A stretch of DNA of 63,141 nucleotides, counting the filler, from Corallochytrium limacisporum Hawaii (Eukaryota > Protista > Pluriformea), in assembly GCA_002811645.1 (NCBI GenBank). It is 3 parts of 3 records of this genome, joined end to end, with 100 filler letters (N's around TTAATTAATTAA, not from the genome) between each part and the next. Parts side by side here need not be neighbours in the genome. Positions count along the whole stretch, not along the records: positions 1 to 19,586 come from PDIP01000269.1; positions 19,687 to 43,239 come from PDIP01000126.1; 1 more part is not named here. One strand, given 5' to 3'. The notes below the pieces were generated by a model that was given only the letters and a program-made list of their open reading frames with translations, did not search any database and had not been told where the DNA came from. Position 1 is the stretch's first letter. Every line of letters begins with the position of its first letter. Positions 12,101 through 24,097 of the stretch are shown in pieces. A program made the translations under genes and the position numbers.

Positions 12101-13810
12101 TGAGCAAATATTTCCTAATTCACAGTTGGCTTTTGCTTTCTGTACTCTTCTGATCCAATCTTCGTTCGACTCTTCCGTAACAACCAACTTCCATTCGGTA
12201 GTTTAAAGACAATTCAGATGTGAAAGGCAGCTCCCAGTTTGAAACACATCTCAGTACACCACGCCAGGGAATGACTAGTGCGATGTTGTACAGTCGATGA
12301 TGATAAAGGGCCATGGGTTGCTTGAACATGTTCAAGCAGGGTGATGAATTGAGCTGAACAAGTCAACTAGCAGTGTACAGAAGATGGCAACGGATCAGCC
12401 ACAGCCACCAGACAGTTCCCAGCCAGTGGCAAGGGGCGCCCCAGCCTGGCTGCGATCGATCCACTCCAACCAGGAGCGACTGTAGTGATCTCGAAAGAGA
12501 TTTACAAGACTGTGCAGAGACATGGATGGCTTCCCATTGCTTGGGTCAATCCTTACCTACCGACAAAGTCGGAAACAATACCCCATTCCTGTCAAAGTTT
12601 GTGGAGTAAACAGATCGCGCGTTCCTGTTACGTGATAGTTTTCCGGGCCTTCATGGCTGTGATTTATGCATATACAGACGACGGCCATTTATTTCCACAA
12701 CTTTTTGCTACCTGTCAAACCAGCAATCTGCGTCATTTGTGTGTATTTTCACTCCCATCTGGGGATCCAACAAAAGGACCGGCATCAATACAACTTTAGA
12801 GTGATCGCAATCAGATAACTGTCGAGGGATGGACTGATCCCCGTAAACGATGACTTGTTCTTTAACCATTTTGGTATGAATCTTGGGCGTCCACAATGAC
12901 AAAGACGGACTAGACTGTGAGGAGTTGTGGTCGGTGTGAATTCCAAGGACCTTTGGGTGGGGGGATGCTCGCATTGTCCACATTGCTTGAGGTATCTAAA
13001 CACTCCGCTGGACAAGTCTATATACGCTCCAGGCAATACAACATGTATACGGTTTTGCACTCACGAACAGCAACCGACGTTCCTGACCCTATGAACCCTA
13101 AGCAACACCCCATGGAATTGTAAAGACTAAGATAAAGGAATCAGATCTACTACTAAATCGCTTTGAAAAAACTCACCGTGTTTTCCTATTTACTATACGG
13201 CACACCTGATAGATTTAAACGCAGAATACTGGCAGACCAATTCACAAACAATATTCTATGTTCCCTGGGTTCTACGTTGAAGAGAAGGATGTGATCTGCG
13301 GAAATGTTGGCTCTGTTCCGGTTCCGCCGCTTCAGTTCCCAGTGGCTATTTGCAAGGCATAGGGTTGTGTACACTCCTCATACCTAAAGCTATCAGTTCG
13401 AAATCTGCGGACAGAATACTCATTGTCCGCAAACCCCCCTCCCCCTCCCTTTTGTCACCTATTAGCGCATATTTTCGTAAGCGGCCAATTTTAAATTCAA
13501 ATATTCATATGTTCTGTATACACAGGGAACTCATTGAGTGCAACCAACGGTTTTGCAGATGGGAAGGGTGTTCGCGATCCCAAGTGTTGAACCAGGAGCC
13601 AAATTACGGTACTTCTCATGGTCTAGATGTTTCTCGTTCTTATTGCAAGTTTCCTTGGTACTTTGTTGCATGTTCGTAATTCATGGTACACTTTCTACCA
13701 CCAGCAAAAGACTCTGAGAAATCAACAGTTACAGCACAGCAAGATGTGAGCGGAGAGCAAACGGTGCTGTTGGGACACACGCCCAGAGGGGATACACTTC
13801 CATGGCACTC

Positions 13811-13899
13811 AAGCACATAGAATATGCTCTTGTGTGACACAAGCACACAGAAGATGTTCTTGTGTGATACAAGCACCAGAAGAAGTCGTTGTGTGACGC
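13811..13899. repeat. ~30-bp tandem repeat, three copies
   Basis: AAGCACAyAGAAkATGyTCTTGTGTGAyAC twice plus a diverged third copy. Confidence 0.85.
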
Positions 13900-16624
13900 A
13901 AACCCACTTCTTTCGCTTTGCGGAGTGACAACACCGTTGGCTCTCCATTAACCTCGAAACAAAGGGGCCCAGCCGAATGGCTTGCAGTAATTCCAGGGTT
14001 ACCATCAGTGTTACCAATGCAACGAAGCGTCGCGCCAAAGCACGCTTTTTCTAGCTTTTTGTGTGACGGATTTCTGAAGGAAATGAAAGGCAAACAAACT
14101 GGCAATCTTATAGTCACTTGACTATCTGCAAGTAGATTGGGCGTATTCCAAGTGATACTGTGCCACATCATGAGTCGTTCCAGTTTCAACAGCCTTCGGT
14201 TTTCAAAGTAGATTTTAAAACAAATGCAAGCGGTGCTCCTGTTCTCCTGCCTGTGCAGTAAAATTCCGAGAATAAAGCAAAGCTATTTATAGATCAAAAT
14301 GACGCTGTGCCTCAGAAAGCGGACGTGAACATGAGACGGACGGCAACAGACTGACCATTTTGGTACAGGCATTCGCATACGTAGATGTGCGTGGATGTCA
14401 GGTCAGTGTACAATGTACGGGCTGAATTGAAAATGTCGACAGCCCAAGGCTCCGTCCCCCCCTACGAAGACAATGCGGTTAGCCTCTCCCCTTTAGATTC
14501 AGTTGTGGTGATAACGGTCACCGAATACTTTGCTGATCTGGAGGGGGGGGCAGAGGGTTTATGGCTGTTTGTGTGGCTATGGCGGAGCGGAAGGATCTCC
14601 TACTAATTTACTACTATCTAGTACTACCAGGACCTGATATTGTGGTTTTACGCAATTGCGAACGAGACCTGACCGCTATTACGCGCCAATTTACATGGTT
14701 TCTTGTATGGCCCAGCTGCTTTTGTTCAATCTCCTCGTCCAGTGTTTTTGATGAAGTTTGGTTACACATGGCATCTCTCACACTGATGTATGTAGGGGCA
14801 TGCATACTATCTCGCGCTGACAGGCGCCTCGGCAGGCGGAGAAGGAACCCAGGATGAAGCCAAGAACTTGGGCAGTGACGAGAAAGATGAGGTTCTCCTT
14901 TGTGAAAACGTGGAAGACATGAAGAACGGTATTGGCACAAATGACAGTAGGAAGTGATTCGACAAAACATATCCCCACCTCACACAAAATCCATTTCATC
15001 GCAATGTTTAACTAAAAGTGGGACGACGATCAGTGCTCTTTGCAGCCAAGTGGTGATCTTGTTCACCACAGGCCGTCTGTTATCTCGTGTCGCTGAGCAA
15101 GACTACAGCCATGTTATAATCCCACCAGAAACCGCGTGGCTGTATTGGCTATCTGTCCACCGATATCAAACGCAAACGCATCGTCGAAAGCAGATCCACA
15201 AGTCTGGTGGTCTGTATTCCACCGCTCGCCAGCCACACACACACATCTACCCATCCTCATTCCGGATATGACACACCCTGGAGGAGGAGGTTCTTGTAAT
15301 AGCATCCCAATAGTTCAACTACACAAATACTCAATCAAACCCTAGCTCGGTAATTGGGGGCCTATTTATTGCAGGCTGCACCCTCCTCACTGCTCCTGGT
15401 CCGGACCGGCTTGGCAACAAACGCCAGCCGTTCCCAAAAACAGACAGGAGCTCGGTGCGATCATCTGGCCGCATCATTCAGCATCAGTGTTCGCACACTC
15501 AATCAACACGGTCCCCAGCGTGCTTTCTTTCTTGAACAGCAAGGGTCGATGCGCTCTTGTTGGTGCCAGGTATATTGGTCACCGAGACAGCTGGGCACGG
15601 GCGTGGCGGCACTCCGTACCGAAACTATGGCAAAAAGTCAAATCTGTTTCCCCTTTCCCTCTTCCCCAACACCAGAGCCTACAGTCACACCCCCCGACCG
15701 AGTGGAGTTGGTTGTGTGCTGACAGCAAGCACTCTGCCACCGTTGGCGCTCGCAAAACTTTCGCTGCGGGCGACCCACTGTGCACCGGGCCCGTGTGGGA
15801 ACCCCACTGCTGCTTAGGTAGGGGAAAGTAAGGGCAAGTGGCCCGCGGACGAGCGGCGAAAATTGCAACTCCCAGGAGGAAATTTTCTTCGCGTTGCATT
15901 GGTACCCAGTTGGCACAAATCCCATTTTCCAGTACATTGTGTTCGCTAGTTTTCTGTGCTCCTCAGCAGTTGTCCACACCGGTGGTGCACTCTGCAGTTC
16001 CCACGGGGTGACCGGTAGAGTTTGTTGGGGGGGGGGGGAGAGCACTAGGAGAGACCGGGAAGAACGGGATTCTTCCGGATCAAGCCGTTCGCGGGTCGCA
16101 ACAGTCAGCTGAATACTAACACAGGCACAGGTCTCTGGCTTGCGGTCTTTTAGGTAGATACTGAACTGGCTTCTTGAGGTCAACGAGAGTGCTTCCTGCA
16201 GTAACCATCTTTGGAAATTGTTTGCTGACCGACCGGTTCAAGACCGACCCCCTCCCGGATTGGGTCCTAGGTGTAGGCAAGCACTGTCGGCTTCAGGAAT
16301 CACCGTCGCTACGTTCATCGATGAATGGTATTGGCACCGATGGGAAACCGCGCAACAGTGGCTCTCTTGGAAAACCCTGTGGATGCGGGTATCAACAGTC
16401 GCGTTCGATGCCTAGGGCAGGTGGACAGGTATTTCCAAACTGCGGGCACCAACAAAAGCATAAATCAGTGAATGTACCGTTTCATATAGTTCACGGCAAG
16501 GAAAACAAATAGCATCACCAACAATGGCAACAACATGATTTTGAATGTGACAAAGGAAGCATTTCCGATCCTTAGTGGTACATAAAGCGGGCACGCAGAT
16601 TAAGACACGTACTACACGTACAAA

Positions 16625-19126
16625 ATGACATTTGCACACAAACAGTCCGTCGGCTATCAAGACCGGGCACCCGTTCAGGACACGGTGTTGAATATAAGTG
16701 ACATGTTGACATCAGGAAACGATAGCAGAACTCCGATTGAGGGTACAGGTATGAATCAGGAAGAACGGCAAGCCTATGAAGCCCAGGCAATGCAGGGAAT
16801 TTTGGATCATTTGGACGAACAGGAGCACCGCAGGTCGGTGACTCCCCGGGCGAACCGCATTGCTTCAGTCAATGCTGGTGAATCATCTATTCCGTTCCGC
16901 CGGTACGTGGCACCGCTACATGAAGGCGACCAATCGCTCATGTCCCGTCTCCGGCGGTCTTTGGCAAAGCTACTGGCTCTGCCTATGCCGACCCAGACGG
17001 TCTTTGCAAAGGATCTTGTGCAGAGCGGACCGTGGTTTCGGGAGGGCCCGGAAGATTCCAAATATCGCTACCTTCGGCGCAAGTACCACCAAGGGGATCT
17101 CACCGTTAAATGGTTGGTCGAGAACACAGAGGTGCCCATGTTGCGTGTCCTTCGATTGGAAGACGTGGCCATCCGTGCACTGCTGCAAGTTCACGGGTAC
17201 GGAATCGGTCTCTCGCAATGGTACACACTTAAGCAATTTGTCAGCAATCACTTGAATGTGGAGCTGGACTTTGAGGTTCTACCGGACCTGCTACTAACGT
17301 CTGTGAACCGCGAGGACGGGCTTGACACGTTCTTCTTTTCTACGAGCTCTGACTGGCATGTGTTGAGGGCGGCACAGACGGTCCAGATCATCCAGAACAT
17401 GAGCATCGAGTACAGCAACGCTGAGACACGATACAAGGCTAATCTGGCCAGTCTTCATGAACAGTATAATACGGGTGTGAATCCAAATGTCGTCCACCAT
17501 CACTACAATAGTGATCGCCGCGGCAAGGAGTGGACGGACTTGGACATGCAGAATGTTCTCAATGATTTGGACATGGACGATAGTGACCGTATTAAGTTCA
17601 TGCAGGCAGTGAAACAGGAACGGGCATCACGGGGGCAGAATACACCAACTCCAGCTCTTCACAGGCGGAAGGTACAGCGCAAGTCAACTACCAGTACCGG
17701 TTCCCTTGCAACCGTCGCGGGACTGATGTCCGAACTCATGTCGAAGGAATACGTCCCTTCATCCCCAGCCACCGCTACGCAGCTGCGCCGAACCCTGACG
17801 CACCTGCCCTCGGGCTCGTTCTCTACGGAGGACGGGGCCGACAGTGGTCTCTTAGCCTCCGAGCCCACAACCCCCGCAGAAGAACGTGCCAAGCGCCAAC
17901 TTCAGTTCGGAGATGCTGAAGTTGCCCTCATGCGGGACTACGTTGCTGAGCGTCAGGAACTGTTGGTGCGCTTTGCCAATATGCTGGAGCTCGTGCGTGA
18001 GAGTCCGAGCACTCACCCCCTGGTTATGATCCTGGCCAATGGTCTTGTGGGCTTCTCAGTGACGCTCGCATTCTTTGATGGCCGTGTGATGGACGGAGCA
18101 ATGGGCATCTTGGGTGGTATGCTCAGCGTGATAATCCTCTTTCTGGCCAATATGGTTGGTCTGCACGGCTACGGTGCTTGGTTTGTCCTTTCCACAGTCA
18201 TGTCCTGGATTGTGCTCACAATCATCAAGCTGAGCGGTGCTGAGTTCTGTTATGATCCTATCTTGGCCAGTTCCATTCTTTTCTTCGTGCCTGGTATTAC
18301 AATCGCGATCGGTGCCATCGAGCTGGCGGAACGCCACTTGCTGTCCGGGGTCGCGAAACTGATCGACGGAATTGTCGGCGCTCTTTTCTTAGCCGGAGGT
18401 TTGGAGGCGGGAAAATTGATCACTCAGCTTTGCTGGGGTGTGAGTCCGAGTCAGATTAGCAGCTATGATGAGTTCCTGCCACAAGCACAGTGCGGGCAAT
18501 CGACATCGTATCATCCGTTCTATGACTACTTGTGCATTGCGGGTGCCATGCTGGGTGCGGCATTTCTGACTCACACTCATCCACGACAGCTGCCTACTAT
18601 TCTTATCAACGGTGTCGCAGTCCTGGGCCTGACCGTCCTGCTACGGGACATTGCGACCTTTGCAACGCTCGCCGTGTCAGTCTTGCTGGTGTGGATCTGT
18701 GATTTGGAGCAATACTTCAAGGTTAGGCCTATTACTGCAGACTTTACCCTACCGCTGCTGATTCTTGTACCGGGTTCGGCGTCCCTGCGATTGGGGAATT
18801 CCATTTTCTCTTCAAGCGGTGGACTTGGCCTGATCCAACCTATTCTGATTACCGCTGTTTCTATCGCCGCCGGCGTCTCCATTGGCAATGCCCTGCTACC
18901 TCACCGCCTGGTACGTCACCTGCGCCTGCCGGCCAGTTGGCACAACGACCTGCATCATGAGCTCTACAAAAGGGGCAACATCAAGCGGTCAAGCAAGTCC
19001 CGAGATCGGAGGGCAGGCAGTGGTAGAGGAAGCAGTGTTGCAGACGTAGAGAAGAAACATGATGCCTATGAGGATCCTCCAATGCCACTTGCAGACGCTC
19101 ACTTTAGCCAAAAAGCAACCTTTTAA
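16625..19126 (+). CDS. ThrE/Prm10-family (threonine/serine exporter-like) multi-pass membrane protein
   Basis: 833-aa ORF, about 10 hydrophobic segments in the C-terminal half, family motifs FFVPGITIAIGAIELA...LLSGVAKL and LILVPGS. Confidence 0.85.
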   Translation: MTFAHKQSVGYQDRAPVQDTVLNISDMLTSGNDSRTPIEGTGMNQEERQAYEAQAMQGILDHLDEQEHRRSVTPRANRIASVNAGESSIPFRRYVAPLHEGDQSLMSRLRRSLAKLLALPMPTQTVFAKDLVQSGPWFREGPEDSKYRYLRRKYHQGDLTVKWLVENTEVPMLRVLRLEDVAIRALLQVHGYGIGLSQWYTLKQFVSNHLNVELDFEVLPDLLLTSVNREDGLDTFFFSTSSDWHVLRAAQTVQIIQNMSIEYSNAETRYKANLASLHEQYNTGVNPNVVHHHYNSDRRGKEWTDLDMQNVLNDLDMDDSDRIKFMQAVKQERASRGQNTPTPALHRRKVQRKSTTSTGSLATVAGLMSELMSKEYVPSSPATATQLRRTLTHLPSGSFSTEDGADSGLLASEPTTPAEERAKRQLQFGDAEVALMRDYVAERQELLVRFANMLELVRESPSTHPLVMILANGLVGFSVTLAFFDGRVMDGAMGILGGMLSVIILFLANMVGLHGYGAWFVLSTVMSWIVLTIIKLSGAEFCYDPILASSILFFVPGITIAIGAIELAERHLLSGVAKLIDGIVGALFLAGGLEAGKLITQLCWGVSPSQISSYDEFLPQAQCGQSTSYHPFYDYLCIAGAMLGAAFLTHTHPRQLPTILINGVAVLGLTVLLRDIATFATLAVSVLLVWICDLEQYFKVRPITADFTLPLLILVPGSASLRLGNSIFSSSGGLGLIQPILITAVSIAAGVSIGNALLPHRLVRHLRLPASWHNDLHHELYKRGNIKRSSKSRDRRAGSGRGSSVADVEKKHDAYEDPPMPLADAHFSQKATF

Positions 19127-19586
19127 AGTTGTACTGTGCGTTCTGATGTCAGACTGACCACTTAAGATGCATAGGACATATAGAAACGGGGACGCAAGGG
19201 CGGATCCTTCCGTCCCAAACTGTCCGTTCACTCTCTTTCTCGCCCGAACAGCCCGGTCATGTGGTAGACGTCAGGTTTACGTTCGAAAGGACTATCATCA
19301 GTGCGAGGTCAGCGACTGACGAGTACTGCGGAAGTAACCTCACCACACATTGAAAACTCCTCTCTCGTCATGATCTTAGTACAGCCACGCAAAATAGAGC
19401 TGTACCCAAAGTTACCCGTAGATCCGTCCCACACAAACTACATCACAAATCATTATAACAAGAAACTTAAAATGCCCAGATGCTACTTGTCCCTCATTGG
19501 CCGGCGAAATCACCAGCTTGATTCGTCGCTGCTAGATATATGTATATATACGCCTTCCCGCTTTCCCCTTTCCCCCGCCCCGCCGG

Positions 19587-19686
19587 NNNNNNNNNNNNNN
19601 NNNNNNNNNNNNNNNNNNNNNNNNNNNNNNTTAATTAATTAANNNNNNNNNNNNNNNNNNNNNNNNNNNNNNNNNNNNNNNNNNNN
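19587..19686. other. Artificial contig spacer (N44-TTAATTAATTAA-N44)
   Basis: Exactly 100 nt with stops in all six frames, identical to 43240-43339. Confidence 0.97.
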
Positions 19687-20362
19687 AACCTCCATGGAAC
19701 TCAGCACAGGCAGTGACAACATCCTTTCCAGAGGTAGGGTGAGTCAGGACTTCGATACCAAAGGTTCCGTCATAGTTTTGGAAATAGCGTAGCTGATCCA
19801 TCTCGACATTTAAATGTTGTTGGCGGCACCAAATTTTGTCCTTCTTTGGATTCCACAGCATGAAGGGGTTGGCAGGGCCTTTTGTACCTTCACATCCTGT
19901 GCCGACAACCTGGCCAAAGAAGTCGCAAAACTGGCGTGAGTACCTTTCTTCGTCTTGGGCAAATGTGAATTTATATGAACCACCAACACCTTCACCTGAG
20001 AGCTTCACAATCCACTGGCCCTTTTTGTCCTCGAAGATCTGCACTGGGCCGACATCATCAGTGTTAGTTATCTTACCTAGAGTAGGGCTTACGGTAGACT
20101 TTGATTCCCATAGGGAATAGGCCCGTGCAAGCCAGTCGTTGGGATTGTTGAAGGAGTCCGTGCCGGAAACTGCTTGACCATTGACTTTGAAATAACAAGG
20201 GCTGCAGAAAGTCTCAAAAGGGGATTCATTGAACTCACAACTCTTTCCAGCTTCAACCCAGAAGCGATTAGCCCCCGAACCGGTAATAGTGGCCTCATTG
20301 AAGACTAAATCTGCCTTGACAGATGCAGTAACAAATAGCAAAATTGTAACAAGAAACTTCAT
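19687..20362 (-). CDS. Hypothetical secreted Cys-containing protein, 3' end lost in the gap
   Basis: Signal peptide MKFLVTILLFVTASVKA; frame stays open for ~225 codons up to the gap. Confidence 0.8.
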
Positions 20363-20447
20363 TGGTACGTAGATTGCGTGTCACAAGTTGATATCTGTAC
20401 ACTTGGTTGTGTGTTGCTCAGTCCTCAAGAGTATGAGAGCTGCAGTA

Positions 20448-20455
20448 CTTAAATA
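20448..20455 (-). promoter_or_regulatory. TATA-like box (ggTATTTAAg)
   Basis: 93 nt upstream of ATG 20362 on the minus strand. Confidence 0.55.
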
Positions 20456-23400
20456 CCTTGTCGCCAATGCCGGATGATGATGCTGTGAACAGTCTCAAAT
20501 GGGTGCCACCAGCGACCGATGTTACTAAGCATCAGGTGACCACAAACCCTCTGTAACATGCCAAATGAGGTACCGTCAGCAGCTGATGTTGAAGACATTG
20601 ATTTACAGACATCACTTTTGGCCAGACAAAGCTTATTTCTACTTTTCCGTGCAATTTATTGGTACAGTGTAATGTGACTAACTCTGTGACATGGCCTGGT
20701 ATGGTCTAGCTCCGTATGCCCCTTCTATTCCTGTATGAGACAGTGTTCTTCATGTGAGACAACTATACCATCCTCATATCATTTGCCTGTTAGTTGTTCG
20801 CAATCTGCCAGTCCGGTGAGAGACTTAGCCCCTCTGTCTGGCCTCTCTCATCCGCTTTGCAGAGATGAATTTGGAAAGGACGGTGCCCATAATGTCATGG
20901 GTTCTTCGCTGTTCCTCCAAGGGGGCGGGGGGGACTCTCCGGGCATAGCCGCAAGCTACGTCATTTGCGTCAGCACGCAACCAACAACCAAGAATGGAAG
21001 GGGACCAGGCGTGGCTGGACAAACCTAAGCACAGGCGATTCGAGTCACCCACGTCCGTAATACCCCAGAGAGTAAAGTGTTAGTCCTTGTATTTTTTTGT
21101 CCTTGTAACTTTTTGTCTACCTATTCTCTTTCTAGAGGGGAAAATGGCAGGAGATATTTTTTTGGGGACGACGTCTACGCCTTCTTATTCCGCCAACACA
21201 TTTGTCTGTGGAATCAAGGTAGTGGGGGAGGAAGACTTCAGGGTGCTCTCAGCACATGGTGGTGGTCTCGGGTGATCTTCCCTTTTTGCTGTCATTTTCT
21301 ATGACGTTTCTCTCAAACTGTTGAGGAGCACTTTGACAACACTATGCCATATGGAGGTCACTTTGTGGTTTCTCTCAAAGTCCGGCAGGTGGGGAACACG
21401 ACGGGGGTGGCGAAGTGTGTCAGTCAAAAATTGCACTGCCAGGAAAAATTGACAGTTGTGAAAGCGAAGAGGGATCGCATCGAGCTTCCAGCTACATCCT
21501 CTGCGAAGGTACAATGTGATACTATTGCATTACATTCAGTTGATTCCTGGCCGCATCTTCATTACCTCTCATATCTCCAAAGTTTTCCAAACAACACACA
21601 TTTGGTACACTGAATGTACGCAACGGTACGGAGATCGCAGGCTATTAATGTTGGGCATTATACTACGCTGGCTGTTTCCGGGGGGCCAATCGTAAGATTC
21701 TCCGGGGATGGCGTCCCCCAGAGATGCAACCTTCCGTCAACAGGAAACGAAGAACTATTGAATACACAAAGAAAGCGGTAAGGCATGTGGATCAATTTTG
21801 GGCCCGTGCTTTGTCCCGGTGTGCGAAGCTTCCACATAGGATGCGAGGAGGAGGAATCCGGTCCTCCTCACCTTCAGAAAAAATTCCACTGTGTCGTCTG
21901 ATGACGTACGATATCTCCGGTGCAAACCGCGGCGCAAGTCACTTGTACAATATTGGCTAGGACATGGGTTGAAGAACAGTGTGGATGGGACGGCTGTCGA
22001 TCGCAGACCAGCCGCGGTCCTTCTGCATCATACATGCTATACTGCCCGCAAAGGCGGAAACAAAGGAGCCAAAGCGGGCCAAGGGTATGCTCCATTCGGA
22101 AATGTGACGAGCAAAGTGTGCTCAGCAAGCGGAAAGTTAGGGGATAGGGTTACGGAGATCCGCACCCCTTATGACCGACGCGTAATGTAAGGAAGTCGGG
22201 AGATGACGGAAGTCTAAGAAAGAATTTACGAGAGGAATAAAACTTTGGGTACTGTCGGGTTCCAAGGTGATAGCGCAAGTTCTCAAACACCGACAGATGG
22301 GTAATTTGAATGTGTCATGGGGATTCTTAGTGATCAGGATATGGAGGAACGGAACCGGGGGTCGATAGAAGTTGCAGTATATGGAGTCGTGTCCACTGGT
22401 ATGCCAACCTTCCTAAACGTGTGGTGGAACATACCACCGCGGGATGAATTCGCGAAAATGAGTGCTCTATGCGGAACGGCAAAGAAACAAATAAAAGTGC
22501 TCCTGAAATTTCGGTAAGGAAGGTAGTTCCCCTATTTCCTGATTCTGGACCAAGTGGGGAGTTCGGTGCTCCAGTGCCTAAAAACCCATGAGTCGGGTCC
22601 GCGCCTATGACCTTCTTTGATCTGATTGATCGATTAGAAACAAAACACCACACCACTTATATGCACAAGGAGGGATGAGGACAGCCCAAAATTCCCTTAA
22701 CTCCCTCTGCCCCTTCCGGTTCCGCTGCCTCTGCCTTCGTGTGATGATTGATTTAGCGCAGTGGCCATATTTCACTAGCACTGGTTTGAACCAAACAGTG
22801 CAGACCAAGGAGGTAATCAAAATCCAAAACCACCGCAGTGTTCATGTTATCGTGTTCACAGTAGATAGCATTTCTGCAGTCAAACTCCGTGGTATAAGTG
22901 AAAGATCTCAACGATGAGAAGATCTCTCCTTCCAACGAGGACGCGCTAATGTCGGCCTCGATCGTTTGGAGGTCAAAGTGAAACCTGACACCAGTACAAA
23001 CGACGATAGCTTCTTGTTCACCAACATCGCTACTTTCAAGGTGCCAATCAATAAACATCGATGAATCGGTAAGCATCTCAAAGATGGCATTTGATTTCTG
23101 ACCATGCTGCGCGCGCAAGTGGTGTAAACGTCATTATATCGCGTGGTTTAGATTGTAAAGACAGTTACGGCCCATGAGTCATATACTGCTTTGGCACTAC
23201 AGTAGCCGTCCGATCTGTCAGGCGAGTGCGGGGCATTGCATAAAATGCTTAGACATCGCCTGTATTGTTGATCAAGCTGCGTATGCGCTCCCAGTAGTCG
23301 TCCATGGCACAGCTTTGCCTTGAGCAGCGCTGATAATTTGTTCGCTGGGGATCTCCTTGCCTCGTTCCGCACCTTAAACCCAAGCTCCCCCACTCCCCAG

Positions 23401-23994
23401 TTGGAACAAGGGTGTGCAAACTACCAACTTTTCTGCTGAACGGAGCAATTTGGGCACTCGAGCCCGGAAACGCCAGATCTGGCGTTGGGTGGTGCAGGCC
23501 GCGAATAAGGATTTGGGCGCATAAAGACTCGTTTTGTACGCTGCCCGGTCTCGAAATGGCAAGAAAACTTTGGGGGGTTAGGGGCTTGAGGTCGATGAAC
23601 GGTGTGGAATCTCTTCCATGAAGGAATTGCCAATTTGAATATAAGGCAAAGGGCGGGGTATCCGACGTTTTGCATACGTACGGGTTCGGTTGCTTTCAAA
23701 ATACGACACAAGGGCCAATGCGAAACTGATGCTGTCCGTGCCGGGCGGGGGAAGGTTGTCTTTGTTCGGGTCATCATGTGGAAAAGAGGCTTGTATTCCA
23801 AGAGTCATGTGCCGGTCTTGTGAGCAGGTGTGCAAATTAGCTGACAGAGCCCACCTTTCATCCCCTGCGGAGAAATAGTCTATTCCAGCGGATGGCCTGT
23901 CAATCTAGCAATTAAAATGATATCGTTTGAGTCCGCAGCGGACGTTTTGATGTAGGCAGCACCTGTGTTTCGCACGGGTTAACTGCCGGACAGC

Positions 23995-24002
23995 TATATA
24001 AG
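23995..24002 (+). promoter_or_regulatory. TATA box (TATATAAG)
   Basis: 103 nt upstream of ATG 24098. Confidence 0.55.
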
Positions 24003-24097
24003 TCGACGGTACCATCACTAGTTTCTACCACATCATGTGGACAGCAAACTCTTCATCACCCTCGTAAAGCACTTTAATAGTATTGTGACACTCCACT

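Noticed and set aside
13811-13899. CRISPR-like ~30-bp repeats
   Set aside because: No spacers, no cas genes, eukaryotic context
19631-19642. TTAATTAATTAA palindrome (also 43284-43295), resembling a piggyBac TTAA site
   Set aside because: Centred in identical N44 pads; an assembly linker, not biology
21001-21057. tRNA T-arm-like GGCGATTCGAGTCACC
   Set aside because: No D-arm, anticodon arm or acceptor stem can be built
21601-21690. FGTLNVR...LYYAG, reminiscent of a LINE endonuclease N-terminus
   Set aside because: Motif spacing too short, in-frame stop, and no reverse-transcriptase motifs downstream
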